From: Eimeria praecox
Taxonomy: Eukaryota
DNA length: 64,000 nucleotides
Assembly (NCBI GenBank): GCA_963920595.1
Contig: OY986946.1
Location: 3,348,001 to 3,412,000, forward strand
Reading direction: 5' to 3'
This document shows positions 29,909 to 43,853 of this stretch, in pieces; the first letter of the stretch is position 1, and each line of letters begins with the position of its first letter. The notes below the pieces were generated by a model, which was not told the origin of the DNA, did not search any database, and was given only the letters and a program-made list of their open reading frames with translations. Position numbers and translations under genes: made by a program.

Positions 29909-30414
29909 TATAGAAACAGAAAGGAGACGAATTTGTTTATCTTTCCTATAATAAATATATTACAATCTGTCTCTCTTACGTATAATAAATATATTATCTA
30001 TCCATCGTTCTATGGCGGCTCTCGCATAATATATCTCTTCTTGTAATTGCATCATGTGTTCAGCTGTGCAATTAGAGACGGCGAGAGTTTCTTCTTGAAG
30101 CTTTCTTAGTTGTATTTCGAGTGTATGTACTCTATTTAAACGTTCTTCTCCTTCCTTTTTCTAAATATTCTCGATTGTTTTAATACATTATATAACATAT
30201 AACACAAACAATTTATATTTGATGGCCTCACAGATAATTCATCGCTTAAACCATCTGCTTCTAATGCGGCTCTTGTTAATAGAAGCTTCTCCTTCTGTGT
30301 TCTACAGTTGAAGATAGAAGAAAAATAACAGAGAAAGTTGAAGACGTAGTTAGCTTACCTTAGGGCTGTTAGTTCAGCGTCCTGTTGGGCGTACGCCTGG
30401 CTCTTGAGGGCCCT

Positions 30415-30474
<60 letters not shown>

Positions 30475-30805
30475 CACAGGCCACAGTTGCAGCTCAGCAG
30501 CAGCACCAGAAGACTGAAGAGGCAGCAACTTTATCTGTTTGTACGAGATTCTCGTCTAGCAGCATTTTGACTGCATCTTTGTATATTTTTTGATATAATA
30601 TAATATTATATAAATAATAATATAATAATATATATATATATATAGAAGAAAATAAAGCCTAACCTTTCGCCTGTATGCTTCTATAACCGGCTTTCTCTGC
30701 AAGTTTCTCAATTTCCTTTGATCCGAAAAATGAATCCGAATCGAGTATAAGTTTATGGAGTATATTCAACTTTTCTTCTGAACTTTGTTTTGCTGGTTTC
30801 ACCAT
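29611..30805 (-). CDS. MND1: Meiotic nuclear division protein 1 (Mnd1), 208 aa; exons 30805-30664, 30576-30507, 30412-30359, 30301-30232, 30160-29980, 29796-29736, 29659-29611 (absent from the ORF track)
   Basis: MVKPAKQSSEEKLNILHKLILDSDSFFGSKEIEKLAEKAG..AKDAVKMLLDENLVQTDKVAASSVFW matches the Mnd1 winged helix (SxEEK...KELEK...LVxxDKxxxSxxFW). It is followed by a coiled coil, AAIERWIDNIF (cf. AANRWTDNI) and QVDQLFELPKGWE. The exon total (627 nt) is in frame. Confidence 0.9.
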
Positions 30806-31101
30806 TTTCGTTAATTTGTTTTAAATAATCAATTTAAAAATATGAAGGATTATGTATTTAAGTATTTACGGTAAAAACAGTCAAAAAGTTCAACAAAATT
30901 GCAGGATCAGCAAATGCAGGTTTCCCTGCGGTGTACATACACCTGCTATTTCTTACTCCCACCAGAAACCGAAACGAAACTACTTAAAAATTATATGATA
31001 ATAATGAGATTAAATTGTACGATATTAAATTGCTTTTATCATCATGATACTCAAGTTTTTTTCCTTCTTTTCCTGCTGCTAGGACTCTAGCTCAGGTATA
31101 T

Positions 31102-31181
<80 letters not shown>

Positions 31182-31255
31182 GAGATTAACTTTGATAGAA
31201 AATAAATCCACATATATTGTTGTTTTCTGAATAAAGATACGATTTCTTTATAATA

Positions 31256-32059
31256 TTAAGGGCGAGAGAACGTTGCACAGAAGAAACCATCCATACCCCG
31301 AGAAGTCGGTAAAGAATGAAAGGGGGGCTCCGTAAGGACGAGCCCATGTTGCTGACAGAAGAATTTCGCCTATCATAACAGAGAGAGAGAGAGAGAAACC
31401 GAGAGAAACACACCACAATATATAATAATCTAATAATAATAATAATAATAAAATAAATAAATAAATGAGTAAATAAATAAATAAATAAATAAATAAAGTA
31501 TACTTATTATTATTATTATTATTAATTATTATTATTATTATGGAGAGAGAAGAAGAAATACAACACTTACCTGATGTACGTTTTCTTCATCTAAAATACT
31601 GCAAGTAATATACACTATCTTTCCTGTTTTCGGTTTAACATAATGTAAAGCGCTGCTGAAGATGTGGCGTTGTAGTGCGATGAAGTCCATCAGCTGCATG
31701 CATGAGCCCTTCATAAGAATACTATCTTATAAACAACAAATAAAAATATAAACACTGTTTTAATAATAATAATTAATCTATCAAAATCGAGAATGTCTCA
31801 CCTTCTCATCGTTATACTTCCACTTCATCTCAGGACTACGCCTCAAAGCCCCTGTGCCGCTACAGGGGACATCGCACACAACCTGAACACAAACAAACAC
31901 ATCTGCAGCTAGCTGCAGCTAGCTGCAGCTAGCTGCTGCTGCTGCTGCTGCTAGCTGCAGCAGCAGGAAGCAAATAGACACTGAAGGAAGGGCTCAGATA
32001 ACTAACTCTTCTTATTCTTATTTGAACGAGAGGCACTTCGCTGTATCTACAGACTAAAA

Positions 32060-32098
<39 letters not shown>

Positions 32099-33681
32099 GC
32101 ATATAATCCATCAACACAAGATACACCTGAGTCTACTACAACAGAATTTCCTACCCAATCCATCACTCCCCCAAGTTTAGGAAGGAGAGGATTCCCTGGA
32201 GATAAGATAGTATAATTTGTTATACATGCTCGTTTAAGTCTTTTCTTCGCTTCCTGCAGCATTCTCTCCCTAACATCATGTAAATATATTTTCCCCTTGT
32301 TCTGCATTTGAGGACCAAAAGCCAAAGTCTTCCCTCCACTACCAGCACAATAATCAAATACTTTATCGCCAGGTTTTACCTGAAAACAGGTGTACGTACA
32401 CCTCAATCGATCAGCAACATTCAAGTTTTTCTTCACCCTCTTCAGAATGAAGTTGTTTCAGCTAGAAACAATTCATTCATAACATATTTATCATGAATAA
32501 AATATATTTATTTATTATTTTTTAAACTTATAAACACAAATATTTTATTATTTCGCAGAAATATTCAAGAAAATGCAGGCATCAGAAGGCGATGCTTCTG
32601 TGCAGATTCTGTTTGATTTCAGAGCGGAGGATCCGCCATTCTGGCTATTTGCATGCTGATCCAGCCGTTTAAAATAATAAATGAACAAGAATAATAATAT
32701 TATATTATTATTAACACTATAATATATATAATTAAAGAAATATATCTACATTTCCGTTCAAGAACCCCCCCTTCATTTCTTCAGCTCACCGCCACTTTGA
32801 GAGCGGCAAGTTGACTGGCTTCATCTTGAACTTCAAAGTATCCACGATGAAATTCAGGTAAATCTCCGAGACGTTGACGATGAGGAAGAATTAAAGCTAA
32901 GGGAGAATTCGCACTTCTTTCAACAGCTATACCTGCAAAGCAGCACAGAAGGAAGATCAGCAGACACATTCTTTTGTATGTTTTCTATACAGCAGGATTT
33001 CCTTGATTTTTCTGTTATCTAAATCCTGATTCTGTTTCTTCTTTTCTGTGTAGAAACATCTCTTTAGATATGTTCTCTGCTTGCCTTTGTTTAATAAATA
33101 TTGAAATAATCTATCTCGAGTAATATTTAGAGTATTCGTCCGAAGAAATACTGGAGCTTCTTCATTTAATATATTACAAATATGAATTGCTCGAGAAGTC
33201 CCGTGAGAGTTTTCAATACGATGAAAAAGATCGGGAGGAAATGATGTACGGACAGCAGGAGGAAGACGATCGTTTTGAGTCTGCAGCTTCCACCTGCAGA
33301 CAACAACAACAACAATCTATATCTATGTCTATATATCTATATCTACATCTATATCTATATCTATATCTATATCTATATCTATATCTATATCTATATCTAT
33401 ATCTATATCTATATCTATATCTATATCTATATCTATATCTATATATCTATATATCTATATATCTATATATCTATATATCTATATATCTATATATCTATAT
33501 ATCTATATATCTATATATCTATATATCTATATATCTATATATCTATATATCTATATATCTATATATCTATATATCTATATATCTATATATCTATATATCT
33601 ATATATCTATATATTTATATATCTATATATCTATATATCTATATATCTATATATCTATATCTATATCTATATATCTATATC

Positions 33682-33722
<41 letters not shown>

Positions 33723-34036
33723 ATATATATATATATAGTGAGATAGCAATATCTAACAATGTGAATCTGTGTAAGGTTTCACCTGTCAGAGACGAAGTAA
33801 GTACGAATTCGACTCGGCCAGGAGGCAGGAGGAGGAGTGATATGATCTAGTAGGCCCTTCCACTTAACGATTTGATATATATGTTCAGTTATAAATTTTT
33901 TATCATGACTGCCTACGCTTTTATTACAATTATAATAATAACGAAGAAATAAATCTAAAGGAAGATAACTCGTAGAATGTGGTGAGTAGTATAATTCAAG
34001 TGCTTGTTCAAGATGGCGTACACGAAATGCATTCAT
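31256..34036 (-). CDS. RsmB/NOL1/NOP2/Sun-family RNA m5C methyltransferase, 382 aa; exons 34036-33783, 33293-33085, 32932-32790, 32379-32155, 31882-31802, 31693-31571, 31369-31256
   Basis: [12 protein letters not shown], motif [11 protein letters not shown], motif [10 protein letters not shown], motif [12 protein letters not shown] and C-terminal MDGFFCA; both catalytic Cys present. Intron 2 uses a GC donor. Confidence 0.93.
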
Positions 34037-34905
34037 CTTTTCAGATCATTTCAACAATTTTTCTTGCTATTTATAAAAATTATATATCTATTTAGTTATT
34101 TATATCATTGTTTATCATAAATATCAAAAAATTTATACAAAAACAATACAAAAGTCATACAGAAGAAGAAAGAGAAAGCTGCAGGCACTCCCATATATAT
34201 ATATATATATCTTACCTCTCAGTCTACAGAATATATCGGAAGATTGCGTTTAATATGTTAATATTTGTATAAAATATAACATAAATTTATGAATAAAAAA
34301 CAATTTCGTATTAATCGAATATTATTCTGGAGATTCTAATACAAGATCGAAGCTCAGAGTATTTCGTCTACCAGTCCCACGCATATATCATCCTAAACTC
34401 GCATGCATACACTTAATACCTTTTCTTTCTTGAGGTGCAGTGAAATTGTTGTTAAATATTCATTAATAATATAATTTAATAAATATTATTTATTTTATTC
34501 TCTCAGAAACAAACATTTGTTGCCTCTACACCTTTCTTCTCTTCCCCTACTCAACGCGCGCGTCGTTCTGTTGCTGTCGGAGTATGAAGAACTGCCAATC
34601 TTCTTTTACGTATATTTATTTTGAAATATTATATATTTAATAAAAAATAATTCAATATTTTGATTTAATTTTATAGAAAGGAGGCGTAAACGATTTTGTT
34701 TCTTCCGCTTTCTGACGATTACGAAGTTGCATAGATGTTTATGTCTACGGCGGCTTCGTATTCTCTTGTTTGCTGTTTTCTCTGTTTTCTTCTTGAAAAT
34801 TAACATTCTTATCAATAATAAATAATAAAAAACACAGAATAACTCTCTGTTTGTTGGTGAAGAGCTCAATTCACATCCTAAACACGACGGACTGCTGCTG
34901 CAGTA

Positions 34906-34940
<35 letters not shown>

Positions 34941-34984
34941 AGCAGAACCGTCGTTTCTTTGTTTATACATCAACTGTAGTAACA

Positions 34985-35470
34985 ATGTCTTTTTCTCAAT
35001 CTTCAGAAGAATCTAAAGAAGCCAAAGAATCTGCTCAGACAGCAACAGCAACAGCAGCAACAGCAGCAACAGCAGCAACAGCAGCAGCAGCAGCAAATAC
35101 TGCTGCTGGGAGCAGCAGTAGCCGTATAAAAGGAGAAGATATATCTTCTGTTTCTGCTCCTCAATGTACAAGAAAAGAAGAAACATTGCGTTTAATTAGC
35201 AGCGAAGATAAATATTTAGATATCCCAATCTCTCTAGCAGAAGAATGTGAGTTATTTCAACGTATATTAACAAATCATGATTGTATAGAAACGAAATCTA
35301 AAAAAGTAGAACTTAAAAATATTAATTATAATATTCTTTCGAAAATTGTTGAATATCTCCGTCGAAGAAAACAAAGCAGAGAAGAAGGAGGAGCGCCGCT
35401 GGAGTTTGATATTGAACCCGAGATTGCGGTTCATCTTCTTATTGCAGCAGATTACTTAGGCTTGAAGTAG
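34985..35470 (+). CDS. Elongin C-like (SKP1/BTB-POZ fold) protein, single exon, 161 aa
   Basis: LRLISSED..., VELKNINYNILSKIVEYL and EFDIEPEIAVHLLIAADYL match Elongin C. It ends just after the ADYL helix, without the Skp1 F-box-binding tail. Confidence 0.85.
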   Translation: MSFSQSSEESKEAKESAQTATATAATAATAATAAAAANTAAGSSSSRIKGEDISSVSAPQCTRKEETLRLISSEDKYLDIPISLAEECELFQRILTNHDCIETKSKKVELKNINYNILSKIVEYLRRRKQSREEGGAPLEFDIEPEIAVHLLIAADYLGLK

Positions 35471-35548
35471 AAACATCTTCAAAGTTTATACTGTTGACTC
35501 ATATTTACCTTAAGCAATACTCTACCTCATATATATAAATCTCTCTCT

Positions 35549-35623
<75 letters not shown>

Positions 35624-36046
35624 TTCTCTCTCTCTATCTGTCTATCTATATCTATATCTAAATATATATCTCTCTCTCTGTATATATATATCTATATCTA
35701 TATATATATAATTAGATAGATGTAGATCTGTCTAGATATGGCTGTCTGGTATAGTTAAGACTTACAGAGAGGCCGAGCGCAGTCATCGCGCTGATTGTGT
35801 TTTGTTTTGAAGTTAACTTCTGCATTCTTTGGTTTGATATTTCTGTTTCTTCTTACTACGCAGTGTATGTACAGTTGAGCTTATCTTAAATCATTAATAA
35901 TAAATTTGAGTATTTGTTTCCAGCAAATTCAAAATTTGTTTCTTCTTTTTATTTTTCTGGGGATATTTGCATATGCTGAAGAAAGTAGAAGGCTGTGTTT
36001 TAAGGGAGAAGAGAAGAGGTCTTTATTATTATTATTATTATTATTA

Positions 36047-36079
<33 letters not shown>

Positions 36080-36733
36080 TTATTGTGCATTCTTTCGTTT
36101 TAATATTGTATGATTCATGAATATCTGTGGGGTGTACGTACACCTCCCTCAGTTGTTGGTATGAGGGAAGTAGAAATAAACAAAAGATATAGAGGATGAG
36201 TCCTACCTACACTTTCATCAAACAAATAATATAAAAATTTAACTTAATTATTTTGAATATATTCTCGCTATTAATAATATTATAATACAATAAACAGCAA
36301 TTGCTCTCTTCATGCTATTTCGTTTATTTCGTTGTGATGTTGTCTATGCGGGTGATAGTTAGAAACAAATACAAATAATATTATTATTATTATTACAGAT
36401 AGAGTGAAGAAAGTCTTAGAAACAATAATAATTATAATTAGTATTATAATAATAATTATTATTAACATATTAGCAAGAAGTGTAGTAGTAGCTACAGCAA
36501 CAACAGCAATAGCAGCAACAACAGCAACATCAATAGCAGCAACAACAGCAACAGCAACAGCAATAGCAGCACCAACAGCAACAGCAATAGCAGCAACAAC
36601 AGCAATAGCAATTGCAGCAGCAGCAACAGCAGCAAGAACAGCAGCATCAACAACAGCAACTCTCTCTCTCCTCCCCTCTCGTTTCTTTAATAAAAATAAG
36701 ATAAAATAATAAATAATAATAAATTTGAATGTT

Positions 36734-36981
36734 TTATAGATTTGACTGTATACGTTGAAATATCCCCTGAAGCACATTACGTACTCCCGTAACCGGCACG
36801 AGAATTTCTTCTTCTCTTTCTGCTGCTGCAGCAGCAGCAGCAATATTTTGTCTTCCTAATAACTCTAGCATATCAAAAGCACTATTTGTTTTATGTATTT
36901 TTATATTTTTACTTCGTGGAATGTTTGATAGCCATGCAAAGAAAGAACGCCGACAACCTGAATCTACAACGCCTTCTTCAT

Positions 36982-37012
<31 letters not shown>

Positions 37013-37236
37013 ACTAGCATTAGGACTAGCAGCAGCAGCAGCAGCAGCAGCATTAGCAGCAGCATTAGCAGCAGCAGCAGCTTCCTTCTCGTCTGCAGCA
37101 GGTCTTTCTCTACTAGAACTTATAGCTGTGTCTCCTCCTTCAGGAGCAGCAGATCTAGCAACTTGAGAGTATACTGCTTCGTCCTCTGTTGTAGAGGATA
37201 TGTTTTGTCTACCCGTGCTGCTGGTGTTGTTGTTGC

Positions 37237-37291
<55 letters not shown>

Positions 37292-39288
37292 TCCTTTCTC
37301 TACAGCAGCAGAATCTGCAGGAGTGAAAGAGGAGGGGGGGGATGCGCCTTCGTTATCTTGGGAGTATCTCATCATTATATCTTTGTTATTATTTGTTGTA
37401 TTTCTACTTATTCTAAAACATTTAATAAAACGAAGAAGCGCGGAATCATTAAGTTGTATGTTGTCTATACACCCGGAAGTATGGATAGTTCTATGAAGGA
37501 AGGAATAAGTGTTTGATTTTATATATTTTTTGAAATTTAAAGTTTTATTATTTATATTTTGAAGAATATTATTAAAACGTTCTTTAAACGACGGTGGAGG
37601 TTTAAGAATACGCGCTAATTTTTGTATTTTTTCTCGATTTTCTGGCAGCTGTACATACACCTGAGCAGTTCTTTTAAGATATTCAAGTTTATTTTTATCT
37701 GTTTCATCAATAGACATATTTTCTATGATGGGATTAAAACGAAAATATACAGAATCGGAGAGAAGATCTTGTAGGACTTCATGGATCGATTCTGTATTGG
37801 TTGCTGCTCCTACAAGTTGTGTGAGCATACAGTCCCACCCGATTTTATGTTTATTATATGCTTCGTCTTTACAAATACCTGTTCCTATACTAACAAATGC
37901 CTCAATAGGTTTATTAGGGTATAATATACGGGCCTCAGCTATTGCTACAGCTGAGGGGTTATTCGCTAGAAGGGCTCCGTCTATCATCATATTCTCTCCT
38001 ATCTTCTTCCCACTAAAAAAACCTGGAGCTGCTGTTGTTGCTCTCAAAGCATCACGTACGTAACCACAACAAGAACCGTCATATCTACCTCTCCCTTCTT
38101 CTGTACATACACCTGAAACAGACCCCCTATCTCCTCCATTAGCTGCTGCTGCTGCTGCTGCTGCTGCTGCAGCAGCAGCAGCAGCAGCACCATCACCAGC
38201 AGCAGCAGCAGCAGCAGGCCACATCTGCTGTAACCTCTGTATAAGAGTCTTTCTATATCTACCATGTATATTATTTGTATCTCTAAATCTATATTTGTTA
38301 AATATCGTATTTTGTATTTTCTGTCTTTGTTTATAAATGGAATTAATTTTATTAGAAGGATAATTATAATTTCTCCATATAAATATTTTCGCAGGATTCG
38401 TAGATATATTTGTAGATAAACAAAACACGCGAGGAGTTGTAGTATCTACAGCAAAATCTATCATCCTAGCATCACCAAACGATCTCAATAAGATTGATTC
38501 CCACAGAGATTCATCGTAATAGGCTTGACGTACAACCAGTCTAGCCCCAGCAACAGCAGGTATATCTTTAATAAATATATTTTTTATAAGTGTATCATAC
38601 AAAGCCTCTAATTCTATTGGGGTCGCGCGTTCGAACCCCAGCAATATTGCTAATATACCCCCCGTTGATGTACCGCAGATAATATCAAAGTAGGAACTCA
38701 AATCATCTCCTACTGCAGCAGCTATCTCTTTTAATATTGCTACTGTCAATACACCCCGTGTACCTCCTCCATCTAATGCTAGTATTCTTATACCTCTTTT
38801 ATTATTTTTATTTTTATTATTATAATTAACATCGTCATCAATATTGGGGCCCCACACCCCCGCAGATACAACACTAGCTAGCCGCAACGGCTTCGCTAAT
38901 TCATAGCTTACTTTCTTCTGTCTAGACACCGGAGGAAGAGGACAGACAACACTGTCTCTTCTCTGTATATAAACACTCTGTGGGCCCCCCCCCCCTACAC
39001 ACAGGGGAGAGGGCCCCCCCCCCACACCTGCACCTCGTCTATCACTGCGTTTATATACTTCTTTATTAATTAAATGCGAGGAGCAAGAATATATGATTGT
39101 ATCTAAAGCAGCACGAAGCAGAAAACCCTCTCGAAGGATCGGTATCATTGTATCTTCTTCTTGTGTAAGGATATCGTATAATAAATCTAATGTAGTTAAT
39201 TGCAGCTCGTGCTTCTCTTCCTTCTTCTCCTCTAACTTCTCTTCTTCAACCCTCATACCCCACAACCAACAACCACCTAGCCACCCTT

Positions 39289-39320
<32 letters not shown>

Positions 39321-39381
39321 TTGTAAGGAGCAACAAGCGCAGCAGCCAAACCTGCTTCAAGACTACGCCCGCCGCCCCTGA

Positions 39382-39419
<38 letters not shown>

Positions 39420-39562
39420 CTGTTTCGCAGCTCCTCAGCTATAGTCTGCAGGACATAAGGAGTATGGTGTTGTATGAGAAGCCTCAGTGTCTTGACAGCC
39501 CCCAGTTGGCTGCTGTATCCTCCATCTGCTGCTGCAGCAAGCAGCATTCGAGTAGCGTGCTG

Positions 39563-39594
<32 letters not shown>

Positions 39595-39747
39595 AACGGC
39601 TGTGGGGCCAAAGCATCAGACACAGAGGCTTATACGCAATCTTCTTGTCTTCCGTCGTAAACACACCTGATAGAGGATGTTCCCTCCTGCTGCAGCTGCT
39701 GCTGCTGTTGCTGCTGCTGCTGTTGCTGCTGCTGCTGTTGCTGCTGT

Positions 39748-39779
<32 letters not shown>

Positions 39780-39838
39780 GCGAGCCCTTCCCGCTCTGCT
39801 TCAGAGCAGTTCGAGTTCCAGCTGCTTCTGTTTGCCTC

Positions 39839-39875
<37 letters not shown>

Positions 39876-40067
39876 ATTTTCTCCTCCTCTGTAACTGCTA
39901 TTCCCATAACCCCCCAAGGCCCCGCCGCCTTCTCTCCCCCTCCGCTATCATACTCTCCTAGCATCAAATCCTGCAGCAGCCGCAGCAACTCTCCTTCTGT
40001 CTCCCTCTCTCTTTGAAACCCAGCAGTACTCTGTGCCTGCAGCAGCGCCTCTTCCTGCTGCTGCTGC

Positions 40068-40145
<78 letters not shown>

Positions 40146-40616
40146 AGCTTGCGTAGTACCTTCTCCTTCATATCCGCAGCCACCGCCTCCCCTGCAGCAG
40201 CAGCAATTGCCGCCCATATACCCCCGCTCCCTACTCCCCCCAGCCACATGGGAATCCAAAGTATCTTCTCTTGTGTTTGTCTTCCTCTCTGACGCACTTG
40301 AGGGTTTACGCGCAGACTCCCCACACTCCGCCTCGCTGCGGTGTACATACACCCCACGCAGGCAGTCAAGAACCTCCCAAAGCCTCGCCAGCCTCGCTCG
40401 CTTTCATTTCTTTCTCCTTCTAACTTACTGCTGCTGCTGCTGCTGCTGCTGCTTGTGCCCTTATCTCCTCTCTCTGCCTCTCCTGTCTGTACGCCTGCAG
40501 CATACGCACCTGGAGCAGCACCAGCAGCAGCAGCAGCAGCAGTGACAGTAGCAGTAGCAGCAGAAGGAGCAGCTGCGGGTCCGACGACCCCTGCACAATG
40601 TCGCTCTTGCTGCTGC

Positions 40617-40654
<38 letters not shown>

Positions 40655-41158
40655 GCCTGCCTGCGGGATCGCAACAGCAGCAGCAGCAGCAGGTGTGCTG
40701 CGAGCAAAGACAGGTGCTTGAGGAGCATTTTCTGTCTCTCTCTGTCTATTAAAGGAGGAGAGGAAAGAATATACTCGCGTCTTCAACAAACCCAAGGGAG
40801 ATAATGCAGCAAGGGGGCCCCCTGGGGCCTCCTGGAGGGGGGGGGGGGGCCCTCCGTACCCTGCAGCTCGCTGAGCCTCGAGCCTGTCTAGTAGAGAACG
40901 AGCAAGCCTTTCTGCTGTACTACGCAGCAGCAGCAACTCTCTTGCTGCTCTTGCCTCGGCGCTACATTCTGATGTTGCTGCTGTTGTCGTTGCTGCTGCT
41001 CCTGGTGCTGCTGTTGTCGTTGCTGCTGCTGCTGTTGCTGCTGTTGTTGCTGCTGCTGTTGTTGTTGTTGCTGCTGCTCGTTTAAGGATGCCAGGGCGGC
41101 CATGAGATGGCGCTGCTGTCTTCTCTTCAGCTGTTAAAGAGGCCTCCGTGTCTCCTGC

Positions 41159-41191
<33 letters not shown>

Positions 41192-41240
41192 TTCTTGTGC
41201 TGCTGCTGTTGCCTCTTGTGCTGCTGCTGCTGCCTCTTGA

Positions 41241-41274
<34 letters not shown>

Positions 41275-41578
41275 TCTGGTTTTGTGGTGACTCTGTCTGT
41301 TTGTCTGTAGTTTGTATCTGTGAGTGTGAGGCAGACGAAGGATTCAAATACCCCACACTCTCTTCTTTGCTGCTGCTGCATGAGCTACAAGCAGCAGCAG
41401 CAGCAGCAAACGGCCCTGACTGCTGCAGGAGGCCTCCCTCTTTATCTTTCTTCTTCTCTTTTATTGTTTCTCCGTAGTTTTCTCTCTGTTCTGATGCCAG
41501 CAGCAATTGACTGTCATGAGGAGATGCTCTCTTAGGGGAGAGGGGGCCCCCCCCCAGAGGCCCCGAACCCCCTTTCTG

Positions 41579-41628
<50 letters not shown>

Positions 41629-41964
41629 TTGCATCAGCCGACGCTGGGGGCCCCTCCTCTCCCCCTGCTGCGATTTTTCTTAGTGCTGCCAGCAACCCCA
41701 CATCCTGTGCGATTTGCTCCTCCACTTCGTGGCTCCAGGCAGCTAGCTGCTGCAGCAGCTGCAGCGCATGGAGCTGCAGCTGCTGCAGCTGCTGCAGCAC
41801 AGACCTTCTCTCCCCTGTTGCCGTTAGGGCCCCCCCCCCCCGCTGCAGCCAACGAGGCCAGAAAGGTCTTGGGGTTGAGGTGCTGAGAATACGACTGAGA
41901 GAAGCGAGGAGGCCCCCCTTCAGCAGATATTCTACTGCTGAGCCCCCCCTGTCGCTCCTCCTGC

Positions 41965-42002
<38 letters not shown>

Positions 42003-43797
42003 CAGTTAGTATTTCTTCCTGCTGCAGCAGCAGCAGGAGGCCCCCCACCAGATAAGAGAACATAGACTGTTGGCTGTGTTGTCTTCCTGGCTCTCTCTGC
42101 TGTAAGGAAAGCTGTTAAGGTGATGCATGCGACAGTTTGCTGCTGCAGGGGCCCCTTCAATCCCAGCAGCAGCTGCTGCAGCACTGCAGCAGCAACACCC
42201 CACACACACACACACACAAAGAGTGTGTGTTTAAATAGAGTCAGCTGCTGCTGCCTTAAACGCCACACGGGGTAGAAACAGATAAATAAAACAAGAGAGT
42301 TGATCTATGGTGAAGCCACTAACTTCAGGTGTATGTACACATACACACATACACCCGGGGTTTAATCTAATCTCTCCTATTAAATAAACTAAAGAAGAAA
42401 CCTAAGACAACAAAATAAATATAATAAACATACAAACAGAAACAGAAACAGAAGCAGAAAAACAAATATAATAAACATACAAGAGAGCCTTTCTTACCTG
42501 AGGCCTCCAAAGCCATCAAATCACGTACAGCCGGAGGCCCAGCTACACCTTCTTCTTGTGCTGCTGCAGCAGACGTCCCCCGAACAGCAGCACCGCGGGC
42601 ACACGTATATTGCTGCTGCTGCTGCTGCTGCTGCAACTGTTGCTGCTGCTGCAACTGCTGCTGCTGCTGCAACTGTTGCTGCTGCTGCAACTGCTGCTGC
42701 TGCTGCAGCTGCTGTTGCTGTTGCAGCTGGTGCTGTTGCTGCTGCTGCTGTTGCTGCAGGCGCGTCTCCTCACTGTTGCTGCCAGCAACTGGCTGGTGAG
42801 CTTCTACTTCTGCTGCTGCTGCTGGTGCTGCTGCTGATGCTGCTGCTGCTGCTTCTCGGGTCGCTTCATCCTCTGGGCCCCTCATCATATCTTTTGTTGT
42901 GTTGTCTGCAGTTGTTTTCTTTCTCTCTCCTTCTTCCGAACTGTTTCTGTGGTGCGGCCTCGAGGAGCTGTCTTCTCCCTCAGCCCCACACACACGCGAA
43001 GCCGTAGCTGTATTTTGAGCTTCCTGTTCTGCTTCATCTGCTGCTGTTGCTGCTGCTGCTGTTTCTGCTGCTGTGGCTGCTGCTGCTGCTGCTCTTTCGG
43101 CTGCTCTAGCTGCGACTGCTGCTGCTGCTGCTGCTGCTGCTGCTTGGGGAGGAGGAGCAGCAGAAGCGTCAGCACTGGCTCCGCCGCCTAGCGGGGCGTC
43201 TTCGGATTCATCTGTTTCGTTGCTGACTGCTGGCTGCTGCTGCAGCTGCTGCTGCTGTTGCTGCTGCTGCTGTTGCTGCTGCTGCTGCAGAGAAGGGGAA
43301 GGGCTTTGCTGCCGTATCTCCATCTCGTTAGACTTTGTCTGCTGCAGTGTATCCTTCGTTTGTTGATCTACCGGAGGCGAAGCCAAATCCTTCTGCTTGC
43401 TGCTGCTGTCTTCATCTCTAACCTCCTCTACTCTTCCTGCTGCTGCAGCTTCTGCTGCTGCTGCTGCTGGGGGGTGAGGGGCCCCCGTATGCCTGAGTGG
43501 CTGCTGAGGGTTTGTTGTATCTGTATGCTCGGGTGTACGGACAGCTCCTCCATGCAATGAGAAGGAGCCAGCCTCCTGTACAGCACCAGAGGACGAAGAG
43601 GCCCCCACAAAGCCTGATGACGCAACAGGGGGAGCCGCAGCATGGGGAGACGGAAGAGCTGCTGTCTCCTTGCATGTTCTCCCTTGAAAATTTCTTCCTA
43701 GTCGTCTCAGCCCCATCTTCTGTACATAGGCCGATAGACTTTGTTGTAGACGAGAGGTGAAGCCGACATGCTCAACCTCCCCTTCAGTTTTTACTGC

Positions 43798-43853
<56 letters not shown>

